This document shows positions 48,371-61,654 of a DNA stretch of 64,000 nucleotides, in pieces. This DNA is from Okamejei kenojei (Eukaryota): positions 51,522,001-51,586,000 of the forward strand of contig CM069148.1 of the NCBI GenBank assembly GCA_035221665.1, given 5' to 3'. The first letter of the stretch is position 1. Every line of letters starts with the position of its first letter. Below the pieces are notes generated by a model. That model was not told where the DNA came from, searched no databases, and saw only the letters and a program-made list of their open reading frames with translations. The translations under genes were made by a program, and so were the position numbers.

Positions 48371-49063
48371 GAATCTCACTGAGTTACTCCAGTGCTTTGT
48401 GTATTTTGTTCAGGTAGTATTGTCACCTGGGTATAAATCTGGAAGGCAATAAAGAAAAACTTAGCAAAGTTCTAATGCCAACAAGTCTCTTGCTTTGTTG
48501 TAAGGCTTCCAATCTTTGGTTCAGATTCGTAACTTGAATTATGGAATCAGATCATTTAGCTTCTAATGAGCTTACAGCTTCACTATAAATGTATTTCAAG
48601 CTTTAGATGATACGTACATCTTTTCCTGTTTATTGAAGTCAGGCTCTGATGAATTAAAGAAATAAAGAAACAATGAAAAAGCAATGCGTACAAATGAGAT
48701 GTGTGGGGCAAGTGTTTTACACAGAAAGTGGTGGGTGCTTGGAACGCACTACCAGGGGTGGTGGTGGAGGCAGATACGTCAGTGGTGTTTAAGAGGCTTT
48801 TAGATAGGCACATGGATATGCAGGGAATGGAGGGTTGTGGATCATACACAGCCAAATGAGATCAGTGTGGGAAGGAACTGCAGATGTTGGTTTAAACCGA
48901 AGATAGACACAAAATGCTGGAGTAACTAAGTGGGACAGGCAATATCTCTGTGGAGAAGGAATGGGTGGCATTTAGGGTCGAGACCGTTCTTCAGACTGAT
49001 GGACAAAGCTAGTCTAAAGGGAATTTGTTTTCCCCTGGAGGACACATGATGCTAGGCATCATG

Positions 49064-49223
49064 TGTAGGAAAGAACTGCAGATGCTGGTTTAAATCGGAG
49101 GTAGACTCAGAATGCTGGAGTAACTCAGCAGGACAGGTAGCATCTCTGGAGAGAAGGAATGGGCGACGTTTCGGGTCGACCCAAAACGTCCCGCTGAGTT
49201 ACTCCAGCATTTTGTGTCTACCC
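49064..49223. mobile_element. Centre-deleted palindromic PLE unit with 15-bp TSD
   Basis: ATGCTAGGCATCATG at 49049-49063 and 49224-49238. Confidence 0.9.
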
Positions 49224-49679
49224 ATGCTAGGCATCATGCTCAGCATAAACATTGTGGGCCGAAGGGCCCGTTCCTGTGCTGTACTACGTTCTATGTTCTC
49301 TACAATGTTTACAGATGATGGAGAAATTGTACTAAATTGGGATTGCTGTATTGCAGGCGAGAACTGGATGCTGCAACGTAATGTTTATTACAATGAGACG
49401 AAGCTAGTCTGAAGGGAATTAGTTTTCCCTAGAAGGGCACATGAAATTGCTAAGTCAAGTTCAGCATCAAACGGGCTTTGGATGCTTTATTGCCTATTAA
49501 AATTTATGTTCACTGAAAAAAAATGTTACTCCTAAAATGATTTGACATAGCTGCATCTGGAAGGTTAAACAAAGCCCTTTTTTATATAAAAGTATGATTT
49601 TTATTCAGTTGATAGTGACCATTTACTGTATTAAAATCCAACGGGTTCACATGAAAGCCATGTTTAAATCATGATTTAT

Positions 49680-50195
49680 TTTTTCTTTATTTTAATTTAA
49701 TACTTTTTGCATTTTCTGTTTCCAATTATCACAAAAAGTTCTCCTTTTTGTTTTGAGTTATTTTTCTCTTTCCCAAATCCTCCTTGCTCCCCTCAAACAT
49801 CCCTCCGATTCTCTCTTATTTTTAGTTAACTTTGTTCCCTTCCTTGGCCCTACACATTTTACTTTGCTTTCTTAAATGTTTAACTACAGCCTTCTCCCAA
49901 TTATTCACCCCATCTCTTATTCCCTTTTTTCTAATGCTCTTTGGTATTCATTATTTCTTCATCGCATCTTCTTCTGTTGGTTTTTTAACTTAATTCTCTT
50001 ATATTTCCTTTACTTGATTCTCTCCTTTGTTCTCTACTTCTTTTAATGAAATATTTTCTTGTTCAGCATTTGTCAAATCTTTTTTAGATCTTTTCTAGGT
50101 TCAATTATTCCGTGCATCATATTTCGCACTTCCACATTTTTTTTTCTCCCGTCGTCCAGTTTTTTCCAATTCAATTTTCCACCTCCTCTTTGCCT
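49680..50195. repeat. Pyrimidine-rich low-complexity tract
   Basis: About 500 bp dominated by T/C on the + strand. Confidence 0.7.
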
Positions 50196-50214
50196 GGGAA
50201 TAAAAAATGATTGG

Positions 50215-50615
50215 AAAGGTTAAGGTTTATTGTTGTCACGTGTACCAAGGTAGAGTTTCGCATGCTGGCCAATAAGATAATATCATACATAAACACAATC
50301 AAATCAGACTCAAGTACAACAGGTAGAGTAAAGGCGAAGATACAGAGTGCAGAATATAGTTCTCAGCATTGTAGCGCATCAGTTCCAGAGACAAAGACTG
50401 ATGTTCGCAATGGGGTAGTGGTGAATTGGACAGTGCCCCAGGTTATGGAAGGACCATTCAAAAGCCTGATAACAGAGGGGAAGAAGCTGTTCCTGAGTAT
50501 AGTGGTGCGCACCTTCAAGCTTCTACACCTTTTGCCTGACGGGACCGGGGAGAAGGAGAAATGACCGGGGTGGGACACGTCTTTGATGTTGTTAGCTGCT
50601 TTTCTCAGGCAGCTT
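50215..50615 (-). mobile_element. Rex1/Babar-type LINE 3' end
   Basis: ORF RKAANNIKDVSHPGHFSFSPVPSGKRCRSLKVRTTILRNSFFPSVIRLLNG. Confidence 0.88.
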
Positions 50616-53589
50616 GAGCAGCATCTGTGGAGGAAATGATCAAACAATGTTTTGGGTTGGGGCCCTTCTTCAGAGTGATGTAGGGGGGTGGGAGAAAGCT
50701 GGAAAAGAGAGGAGGGGGCAGGACAAAGTCGGGCAAGTGATGTGAAGCTAGTTAGGTTTCTTCACACCTGAAGCAAATCGTGATCTCAAGTGGTATCCAA
50801 TGTCCACAATGGGTAGAGGTGAATTAGCTTATGGAAGGACCATTCAGGTGCCATAACAGAGGGGGTGATTTCCAATTACCTTAATTTTTTTATTACTTTA
50901 ATTTCCCTGGTTACTGATGCCCGATTAATGGACATGCCTACATATGATTGAGCTCCCATAATATAAATGCATAAGTCTGACCTTCCTTCCTATGAATGAC
51001 AGAACTAGATTCTCCTCTCTCTCTCAACTTTTACTAATTGTTCTTTCTCACCAATTTTGTGTTTTTGAAGCCATTCTTTACAATCGTGTGGAAATATGGT
51101 TATCATATCAAGCAGGTTCTACGTATTTGCTCGACTCGACTCGAACCTATGCCTCCAATTTCTCACTTTCTCATTATTTTCTACTCCCCTCCACCTTCTT
51201 CTGAATCTGCTTTTCATCTCCTCTCAACGGTTCAGTGGTTCTTTATTGTCAAGTAATGCACAGCACAGTGAAATTCTTTTGCACAACCCAGCAGCATAAT
51301 GAAGGACGAGTCGCACCCTGGCCACTCCCTCTTCTCCCCTCTCTCTTCAACCAAAAGGTACAGAAGTGTCAAAATGCACACCACCAGATTCAGGGACAGT
51401 TTCTTCCCAGCTGTTATCAGGCAGCTGAATCATCCTACCACAACCAGAGAGCAGGGCTGAAGTACTATCTACCTCATTGGTGATCCTTGATCGGACTTTG
51501 CTGGCTTTACCTTGCACTAAACATTATTCCATTATCATGTATCTATACACTGTAAATGGCTCGATTGTAATTATGTTTTGTCATTCTGCTGACTGGTTCG
51601 CTCACAGCAAAAGCTTTTCCATGGTCCAGATGACAATTAACTAAACCGAACTAATGCACAGTCGCCATATTTTCGCGCCATTTTCAAAGGAAAAAAAAGT
51701 CCAAAGTCCAGAGTCTGGTACCCTTGTAGGAAGTACTGGAGCACACCCGATCCTGGTAGGCCCCAGGCTACTGCAGGCCCGATACCCAATGTCCCTCTCC
51801 GCACCCGACCGCCTCTGTGTACTGGGGGTGCCTCCTGCAGCCGACCTTGAAGGCACTGGAGACAGTACCCCGATGGTCTCTCTCCTCCTGGCCCACTCCT
51901 CACGTCTGTCACTGCCAAGCAGCTCCCTCCTCCTCCACCCTCCAGTCTTCGGGGCTACCTTGCTCCATTTTGCCCTTTTTCCCCCCTTGCTTCTTTCCTC
52001 TATCATGTCAGATAAAGGTCAGCTCAATCCTTGCTAACTCTGAGTGGCCTTTCTCGGGAATAGTGCAGGAGGGACATGCTTATTTTTCATTGCGGGCTAT
52101 TTTTAAAGGAGCATCATGTGAATTACAAGGAAGAATATCACTGAATGGAAGCAGATTGAAAGTTGGGAGTTAATTATTCCTGTATGGTATCGTCATTTTG
52201 GAATGTGCAAAATCTGTACCACTGTTCAAGAAACCAAATATGTGTTGATCTGTCAGCCAGCTGAGGTACTATTTGGAAATATGATCATGAATAATTATAC
52301 TTGCAAGATTGCTTAATTAACAGTATTCTAATAATAAACCGGAGATTGCTGACCTCGTCTTCGGATAGAATGGAAATGCTGCTATATTATCTTCCTGACC
52401 TACAGAGGTCTTTGCTGAGACAGATTAAGGAATCAAAAGTCTTCCCTTACTCTCTTGTTTCTCTTAAAAAAGAAACATATCAGTTGTTTGCAAGACTTCA
52501 AGCAGCTGCCCCACGGTTTTTGTGCGTCAAGTGGCTGTAGTCCCTAATAATGCCCCGCTCCTCAATACCGTGCAGAGAGACTCCGTTTATGGCATGTTTT
52601 ATTGAAAAGATATCTCGCACACAACACGAACAGGATCCGCAGAGATATTTTCAGCAGAATTGAGTGGCCTGCTTAGTAATTGAGAGAGAGTGAGGAAACA
52701 TCTCCTGTTTAATTTGTTTTGCCTGAGCCCTCAGCTTTGTAGACGTATGTATGCTTGGTTTTCTTCCCCCTCCTTGTTTAATAGAATTACTGGGGTTTTT
52801 TAGGGAATGCTATACTTTGAGGTAAATTACTATACATGGCTAAGTCTCATTAGTAGTCCTCATTTCAATGTAGTTTAATGCAGCAAAAAAAGCATGTTTT
52901 TGAATTAGGATTTGCCTACGTTCCCCGAAGTGTTGCATCCCTGTTTAGTTTCCTAAGTGGTCAGTAAGAAAACATAAGGGTTGGCTGAGATGTTGTTAGC
53001 GCTACAGGGCAAGGACTTGAAGGCAGATGGCGATGAATGTTTTATGCAGCAGCAATTGGGACGGAATACTAAAATATTATTTTGTAAATTTGATTAATAT
53101 GATAAAATATGGACAAGCCATACAGACCTACAGCAAGAACAGAATGTCTTCTTGGGAGACCGCTGCTAAAGAGGGCAAAGAGTCTAAAACAAAATTAAAA
53201 ATTGGGTGATGAAAATGTGATCTTTGTAATGTTAATGTATTGATCTGCGTGGCTTAGAACATCATTCTTCCGATAACAATAGTTAATTTGTTTGGTTCAA
53301 TTAGAGATTGGATGCATCCGAATGTAAAAAGTGCAGAGGGTTATTGAGGCAATTTTAGTGCAGTGTCTTCTGGCATAACAGGTGACAGTCCTTCAAGTCC
53401 TGGAATTTCTGGTTTAAATGCCAGTGATTCTTGCCTGTTAACAAGACTCAATTGACTGTGCTTTCAAAATAGTAGCCATTCTTACAGATTCCAGCAGTTC
53501 AGTGCCCTCGTACAGTTGTTCAGCATAGAAACAGGCCCTTCGGCCTACTTCATCCATACCGACCATGATTCCCCATCTAAGCTAGTTGA

Positions 53590-53857
53590 AAGATACAACA
53601 TGGAAACAGGAGCTTCGGCCCACCGAGTGCACGCCGACCATCGGTCACCCATTCACACTAGTTCCATGTTATCCCACTTTCTCATCCACTCCCTACACAC
53701 TAGGGGCAATTTACAGACGGCCGATTAACTTACAAACTGCACAGGTTTGAGATGTGGGAGGACGTGCAATCTCCACACAGACAGCACCTGAAGTCAGAAT
53801 CGAACCTGGGCCACTGGCGTTGTGAGGCAGCGGGTCTACCAGCTGTGCCACCGTGCC
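53590..53857 (-). mobile_element. tRNA-derived SINE (HE1-like)
   Basis: Family consensus in reverse. Confidence 0.85.
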
Positions 53858-54402
53858 AGTTTGCTAACATCCTTTAAGTTATTCTATCTCTGGTTACCTG
53901 TGCTTTACTTTTAGTGCTTGTTACCTATTCCCCAAATAAAGATGTTTACAAGGATTTAATTTGAGAAATTTCACACTTTACAACCGTTCTGTCAATAAAT
54001 GGCCTATGGACAGATTATAGCAAAATCTTGTTAATGAGTTAATTAATCTTGTTAATTGACATACTTTAGGGACATGGCAGAATGTACAGATTCACTGGTC
54101 ACTTAAATCATTTGACCAGGCTCACCTCGTTAACTTTTATTTAAATAGTTCACTTAATTTGAGAGAATTAAAATGTTTACATTTTTCCATGTTTTTGTTC
54201 TTCAACATCTAGGGAGTCAAGCGTGCAGACTAGTTCTCCAATATAGCTGAAACATTTGGGTACCTTTATAAAAAAAATAGAGACAGCGAACTGCAGATGC
54301 TGGAATCTTGTGAAGAGCATAAAGTGCTGGAGTAAGTCAATGGGACAGGCAACATCTCTGGAGGACATGGGTAGGTGACGTTTCAGGTTGGGACCCTGCT
54401 TA

Positions 54403-56313
54403 TAGAAACATAGAAAATAGGTGCAAGGGGAGGCCATTTGGCCCTTCGAGCCGGCACCGCCATTCATTGTGATCATGCCTGATCATCCACAATCAGTAAC
54501 CCATGCCTGCCCTCTCTCTATATCCCTTGATTCTGCTAGTCCCAAGAGTTCCATCAAACTCTCTTTTAAATTCATCCAGTGAATTGGCCTCTACTGCCTT
54601 CTGTGGCAGATATTTCCACAAACTCACAACTCTCTGGGTAAAAACGTTTTTTTCTCATCTCAGTTTTAAATGGCCTCCCCTTTATTCTTAGACTGTGGCC
54701 CCTGGTTCTGGGCTCCCCCAAAACTGGGAAACATATTCTTGCATCTAGCATGTCGAGTCCTTTTATTATTTTATATGTTTCTATAAGATCCCCTCTCATC
54801 TTTCTAAATTCCAGTGAATACAAGCCCAGTCTTTCCAATCTTTCCTCATATGACAGTCCCTCCATCCTGGGGATTAACCTCATGAACGTATGCTGCACTG
54901 CCTCAATAGCAAGAATATCCTTCCTCAAATTAGTAGACCAAAACTGCACACAATACTTCAGATGTGATCTCACCAGGGCCCCGTATAACTGCAGAAGAAC
55001 CTCTTTACTCCTATACTCAAATCCTCTCGTTATGAAGGCCAACATTTAGCTTTCTTCACTGCCTGCTGTACCTGCATGTTTACTTTCAGTGACTGGTGTA
55101 CAAGGACACCCAGGTCTCGTTGCACTTCCCTTTTTCCTAATCTGACACCAATGAGATAATAATGCACCTCCTTGTTCTTGCCGCCAAAGTGGATAACCTC
55201 ACATTTATCTACATTATACTGCATCTGCCATGTATCTGCCCACTCACCCAACCTGTCCAAGTCACCCTGCAACCTCCTAGCATTTTGTTTGCAGTTCACA
55301 CTGCCACCCAGCTTAGTGTCATCTGCAAATTTGCTAGTGTTCATTTTAATTCCATCATCTAAATCATTCATATATATTGTAAATAGTTGCGACCCCAGCA
55401 CCAAGCCTTGCGGCACTCCACTCATCACTGCCTGCCATTCTGACAGGGACCCGTTTATTCCTACTCTTTGTTTCCTGTCTGCCAACCAATTCTCTATCCA
55501 TGTCAATACCCTACCTCTAATACCAAGTGCTCTAATTTTGCCCACTAATCTCCTGTGTGGGATCTTATCAAAGGCTTTCTGAAACTCCAGATACACTACA
55601 TCCACTGGCTCTCCTTAATCCATTTTACTTGTGACATCTTCAAAAAATTCCAGAAGATTAGTCAAGCAGGATTTCCCCTTCATAAATCCATGCTGACTTG
55701 GACCAATCCTTTTTACTGCTGCCGTTTAATCCTTTTAATGTGCCGTTATTACTTCTTTAATGATTGACTCCAGCATCTTCCCCACCACCGATGACAGGCT
55801 AACTGGTCTATAATTCCCCGTTTTCACTCTCACTCCTTTCATGAAAAGTGGGATAACATTAGTTACCCTCCAATCCACAGGAACTGATCCTGAATCTATA
55901 GAACATTGGAAAATGGTCACCAATGCGTCCACAATTTCTAGAACCACCTCCTTGAATACCCTGGGATGCAGACCAACAGGCCCTGGGGATTTATCAACCT
56001 TCAGTCCCATCAGTCTACCCAATACTATTTATCACCTAATGCAAATTTCTTTCAGTTCCTCTGTCTCCCTAGATCCTCTGTCCTCTAATACATCTGGGAG
56101 ATTGTTTGTGTCTTCCTTTGTGAAGACAGAACCAAAGACCCTGTTCAACTCTTCTGCCATTTCTTGTTCCCCATAATAATTTCACCTGTTTCTGCCTTCA
56201 AGGGTCCCACATTTGTCTTTACTAATCTTTTTCTCTTAACATACCGAAAGAGGCTTCTACTATCCTTCTTTATATTCTTGGCCAGCTTACCTTCGTACTT
56301 CATCTTTTCACTC
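54403..56313 (-). mobile_element. About 1.9-kb 5'-truncated CR1-type LINE with full RT domain (frameshifted)
   Basis: ORFs DKSPGPVGLHPRV..NYRPVSLSSVVGKMLESI; VYLEFQKAFDKIPH..SGVPQGLVLG..SKFADDTKL; LVRSHLKYCVQFWS; (TTTCTATG) tail. Confidence 0.96.
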
Positions 56314-56839
56314 TTTTCCTGGGTGTGGGGGGGGGATGAGGGGGGTGCTGATGGGCAGATGGGCGAACAAAGATCAGAGATATAAAGGAGACTAGGGTAA
56401 GACAAGGAAGAGTGTGAGATATGAAGTGGAGTGAGAGGGAGGGATATGGACGTAGTTTGCTGGCGTCTACGAATGATAAGCTGTTGAAACAAATAACCCT
56501 GAAATATTAAGAGCTCACACAAGAAATGCAAAACACCCACTTTGGACATCCAGTTCCAATAAAGGGCCTGCATTTGTTCTGACTGGGCATCAGCCAGAGT
56601 TAGGAATTTGTCCAGCTTCCTTTCGACGCGTGTAGTGATTTGCACTCTCTGCAGGGGACCGCAACTAGTTCCAAAGCTGGGCAGACAAGAAAGCTGGCTG
56701 ACATCTCAGCTAGTGTGTTCCTTCAGTAATTCTGTGCCCTGGTTATCCCTGCTATATTCAACACCAATAATCTAGCCCACGTGCGTGTGCTTTCATCCTT
56801 CCACTTTCTGCGGTTCCTTGTGTGCTCCTAAAATTCGTG

Positions 56840-58025
56840 CTATTCTGAAGCCACGCACAAACTGGAAGAACAGGAATTAGTAGGTTAACCTATGATGAGC
56901 GTTTGTTGGCACTGGGCCTGTACTCGCTGGAGTTTAGATGAATGAGGGGGATCTTCAATTAAACTTCTAGAATAGTGAAAGGCTTGGATAGAATGGATGT
57001 GGAGAGGCTGTTTTCACTAGTGCGAGAGTCGAGGACTAGAGGTCATAGCCTCAGAATTAAAGGATGTTCTTTTAGGAAGATGAGGAGAAATTTATTTAGT
57101 CGGAGGATGGTGAATCTGTGGAATTCTTTGCCACGGAAGGCTGAAGAGGCCAAGTCAATGGATATTTTTAAGAGATAGATAGATCCTTGTTTAGTACAGG
57201 TGTCAGAGGTTATGGGGAGAAGGCAGGACAATGGTGTTAGGAGGGAGAGATAGATGCGCCATGATTGAATGACGGAGTAGACTTGATGGGCTGAATGGCC
57301 TAATTCTACTCCTATCACTTCTGACCTTATAACAACACTCATATACGCAGCAACCTAACAGTGTGAGCATTGAATTCTCCAATTTTAAGTAACATCCCGC
57401 TCCCTTTCCCCCCCCCTCATTCATTTCACACCAATTTTCACACCAATTTCTCCCACTATCCTGCCCCCCCACCCTCTCCCTCTCCCCTCCCCATCCCCTT
57501 CCACCAAATATGGAATTCTCTGCCACAGAAGGTAGTTGAGGCCAGTTCGTTGACCATATTTAAGAGGGAGTTGGATGTGGCCCTTGTGGCTGAAGGGATC
57601 AGGGGGTATGGAGAGAAGGCAGGTACAGGATACTGAGTTGGATGATCAGCCATGATCATATTGAATGGCGGTGCAGGCTCGAAGGGCCGAATGGCCTGCT
57701 CCTGCACCTAATTTCTATGTTTCTATGTTTCTATATCCCTGCCTCCGGCATTACACTCACTCTTACTCTCCTCTCCTTATCTAACACCCTTTTGTCTCCT
57801 TCTCATCGCTAACCTTTGTTGACCCCTCTCGCCTGTATCCACCTATCACTTGCCAGGCTCAGTCCTGCCCCCACCTCTCTTTACCAGCTCCCCCCACCCC
57901 CCCACCCCCCACCCCACCCTTACAGCATCAGTTTGGGGAAGGGTCATGACCTGAAACGTCACGCATCCATGTCCTCCAGACCCGCTGCCTGATCCGCTGA
58001 GTTACTCCAGCACTTTGTGTTCTAT
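56840..58025 (+). mobile_element. PLE 3' end interrupted by two CR1 fragments (about 56883-57328 and 57509-57734)
   Basis: EATHKLEEQ (about 56846-56872) resumes as QPNSVSIEFSNFK* (about 57350-57392), followed by the UTR and terminal repeat ending near 58022. Confidence 0.78.
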
Positions 58026-58363
58026 TCTGAAGTAAACCCTATTCCATAATTCTACCAGTTACATATGTATTTGTCTCAGTTGCAAACATAAGAACATATT
58101 TACATTGGCCACAGTTTCACACAGTATCCTCATCTCATCATTATAGATTATGAACGCAATGACACGACAAACACTTCCTGCAGATCTCACTCACAAATGT
58201 TCTCAATGCAAAATACCTACACTTATAACAACCAGTTTCGTTCGTACCATCGGGAAGAAGGCACAGGAGTCTGAAAACCGCGACCACCAGGTTTAAGAAC
58301 AGCTTCAGCTCAAGAACCATCAGGTTCTTGAACACTACCCAACCTCAACTAAACTATGGACTG

Positions 58364-58458
58364 AAGATAGACACAAAAAGCTGGAGTAACTCAGCGGGAC
58401 AGGTAGCATCTCTGGAGAGAAGGAAAGGGTGACATTTCGGGTCGAGACCCTTCTTCAG
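58364..58458 (-). mobile_element. PLE terminal-repeat half unit with 11-bp TSD, inside a Rex1/Babar tail
   Basis: ACTATGGACTG at 58353-58363 and 58459-58469. Confidence 0.88.
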
Positions 58459-59819
58459 ACTATGGACTGTGTTGGTTGTATCAAGGACTTTAGGCTTTTT
58501 TGCACTGCTATAGGAATTATTCATTTATTGAAATATTATCAATGAGTATTGCGTCTACAGGCTATTCTGCTGCTGCAAGTAAGAATTTCATTGTTCTGTT
58601 GTGGGTACATATGATAATTAGCACCGTGTAGGAAGGAACTGCAGATGTGGTTTACTCTGTAATTAGACACAAAATGCTGGAGTAACTCAGTGGGTCAGGC
58701 AACATCTCTGGAGAAAAGTAATAGGTGACATGTCTGATCGTGGCCCAACGTCAGACCTCGTTGGAGAGAGGAGGAGAATTTCTTCTGAAGAAGGGTCCCA
58801 ACCTGAAATGTCACCTATTCATTTCTTATAGATATGCTGCCTGACCCACTGAGTTACTCCAGCGTTTTGTGTCTGACAGTTAACACTCTTGACTCTTGTC
58901 TCTTCTTCAATGCAACCAGTTCCATTTCTGCTCAAATCCTACCCACCAATTTGATCCTGTCATTCAAAGTTCAGAAAATAGCTGTGCAACTTTTCATATT
59001 CTTCCTCACATCTTTATTTTTCTAACGGCAGGCAGCATCTTCATGAGTCCACGTCATACAGCCTCAACGGGATGGCGTTACAATTTCCACATGGCTCTCT
59101 ACATTACTCTGGCATATATATTTCTTTCACAATTTCATTCACACTCTGCAGTGTGACATTTTTCATGAGCTAAATAGTTTACAGCATTTTATAGGAGACT
59201 CATTAAGACAAAGAGGGTAATAGGAATCATTTTAAATGCATATCTACCACAATACTGTGATTGTTATGGCCTGTTTCCTTTATCATCGTTACTTTTTTGC
59301 ATATCTTTCATTTGTTGTTCTTTACCTCTCTACATCATTGTCTATATTTCTCAGTTCCTTCCAAAACATAAAATGAATGCATACTTTGCAGTTTAAAAAT
59401 GTCCCTTTGTGCATCCATTTAGAATGAGAACAAGGGAATTATCTTGGCCCAAAGCGAGGGTTTTGGATGCATAGTTTTTGCTTGTTCTCGAAGCATCTCA
59501 GTCAGAGCATGTCTTGGTTAAGGAAGTACAGGGAGAGGAAAGGTTTGCAGAGTCGACAGATCACCGAACAGCACTCTCACACTGAAGCAGCACAAGAAGG
59601 ATCACCAGTGCCTGCTTACTGAGGAGACTGAGCAAATTCAGCATGTTTTCAGTGACTTAGGTTAGATTTTTTTCGTTTAGAGATACAGAACGGAAACAGG
59701 ACCTTCGGCCCACCGGGTCTGTGCCGACCAACGGTCAACCCGTACACCACCACTATCCTACACACTAGGGACAATTTTTCCCCAAGCCAATTAACCTACA
59801 AACCTGCACATTTTTGGAG

Positions 59820-60230
59820 GTCCATCACACAGACCAGACTCCCCATCATTGACTCCATCTACACTTCAGAAAAGACTTGTCCCACCCTTCCTTCTTATTC
59901 CTACTTCGATCAGGTAGAAAACACGAAGCTTGAAATCGCGCACCACCAGACAGGAACAGCTTGGTCCCCATTGTTCGGAACTATACTGTCCGATTCATCT
60001 CAATCCCCTTGTGGACATTGGACTTTGTCTCTGGTGAACTACAATGCTGAGAACTACTTTCTGCACTCTGTATCTTCTCCTTTGCTCTGCATTGTGCTGA
60101 AGCTTGACTTGATTGTATCTATGTATGCTATTGTCTGATCCATTTGGATAACATGCAAAACAAAGCTTTTCACGGTAGCTCGGTACGTGTGACGATAATA
60201 AACTGAAGCCTAAATCTAAGCCTAAACCTA
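59820..60230 (+). mobile_element. Rex1/Babar-type LINE 3' end
   Basis: Similar to 47958-48370. Confidence 0.75.
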
Positions 60231-60504
60231 TTCAGATACTATTGCTCTCGGGAAAACACCTCAGCTCATTGCAGGCCAGCAAGAGGAATTTGTTTTCTAT
60301 AGGAAGGATATGTTCAGCACGTTTGACACAAAGTACAGTCATTATGGCACTGAAATGTCAGGCACTGTATGGATCACCAGGCGAGAAGACACGTTGGTTA
60401 ACGGTACTTGAATCTCCTTTCTGACAAACGTCTTGGCTTTACAGTATGTCCCTAATATGTTTAAGGGGGTCAGTGGGCATAATTATCAGTGAGATCAAAG
60501 GTTG

Positions 60505-60725
60505 TATAAAGAAGGAACAGCAGATGCTGGTTTAAACTGAAGATAGACACAAAATGCTGGAGTAACTCAGCGGGACAGGCAGCATCTCTGGAGAGAGGAA
60601 TAGGTGACGTTTCGGGTCGAGACCCTTCTTCAGTATCTAGTGTCTAATCTAGTGTCTCAAGAAGGGACCCGGCCAAAAATATCATCTGCCTGACCCACTG
60701 AGTTCCTCCAGCACTTTGTGTTTCG
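60505..60725. mobile_element. PLE terminal-repeat palindrome with consensus hammerhead-like core (60606-60633, minus strand)
   Basis: Reverse complement CTGAAGAAGGGTCTCGACCCGAAACGTC. Confidence 0.82.
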
Positions 60726-61654
60726 CTTAAGTGTTCCTCACAATCTGCTGTTAAGTATGAGTCTCTCTAAATATAGTTATCCCACTGTAAACTTCCCAAA
60801 AGCTCCAAGTACATTTTACAAGGTGGATCACTTTACATCAGAACTGCTTCTGTTGTGTTTTGGACAAATTGAGTAAAATGATTGCTTTGCGATCAGGTGT
60901 GAAGGCATACAAATTGAGTACACATTCTTAGTATCGAGAGAAATCGTATCATTTCTTGGCAAATCCATTATCAAAATGAGACTGTCTTCAGATGGTAATG
61001 CTTGATCCATGGGCTGTGAGCCTGATGGATGGAGTGTACTGTGTAGGAATGCACTTTGGTGCAATATTAAGGCGTGGGTCAGACTAATAAAAGGTTATAT
61101 TTGGACTTGCAATTGCCTGCATAACGCGGTGTAATTGACTGTACCTTTACTCATACCGGAAGCATCCAGCCTGTGGAAAATAAAAGCTCCATATTTGTTT
61201 CTGGGCTACGACTTGAATAAGCCATTGTTCCATGTTGGAAAGTTTCACCATGAGCCTGTTCCTGTTGCTTGGGATTACAATAATACATGGGAATCTTATG
61301 ACTCTGACAGTTGTGTTGGCAGCCTGCCATGGTTACTGGGTGAGGCTTGTCAATGGTACATTATGGTGAACAAGCACATGATGAGAGTTCTGAGTAGAAA
61401 CCGTTTCCTTTCTATGTATCTGTACCCCTAAAAACAAACGTTATTCACCAGGTCAGTGAGGGATATATAATTGTGGGATTAGCTCCAAACTCTAGAAACA
61501 AGGAACTGGGATGTTGCTTTACAAACTAGACACTAAGTACCAGGGCAACTCAGCAGGTCAGGCAGCATCTCTGGAGAACATGGGTGGTGACGTTTCTGGT
61601 CAGGACCCTTCTTCAGACTGACTCTGCCTGACTAGTCGGATGCTTTTCCACTTC

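Noticed and set aside
49680-50195. Decayed coiled-coil ORF on the minus strand
   Set aside because: No long ORF or motif; explained by low-complexity composition.
54403-56313. Active or domesticated reverse transcriptase gene
   Set aside because: It is split over several frames, 5'-truncated and has no endonuclease or ORF1; an ordinary dead CR1 copy.
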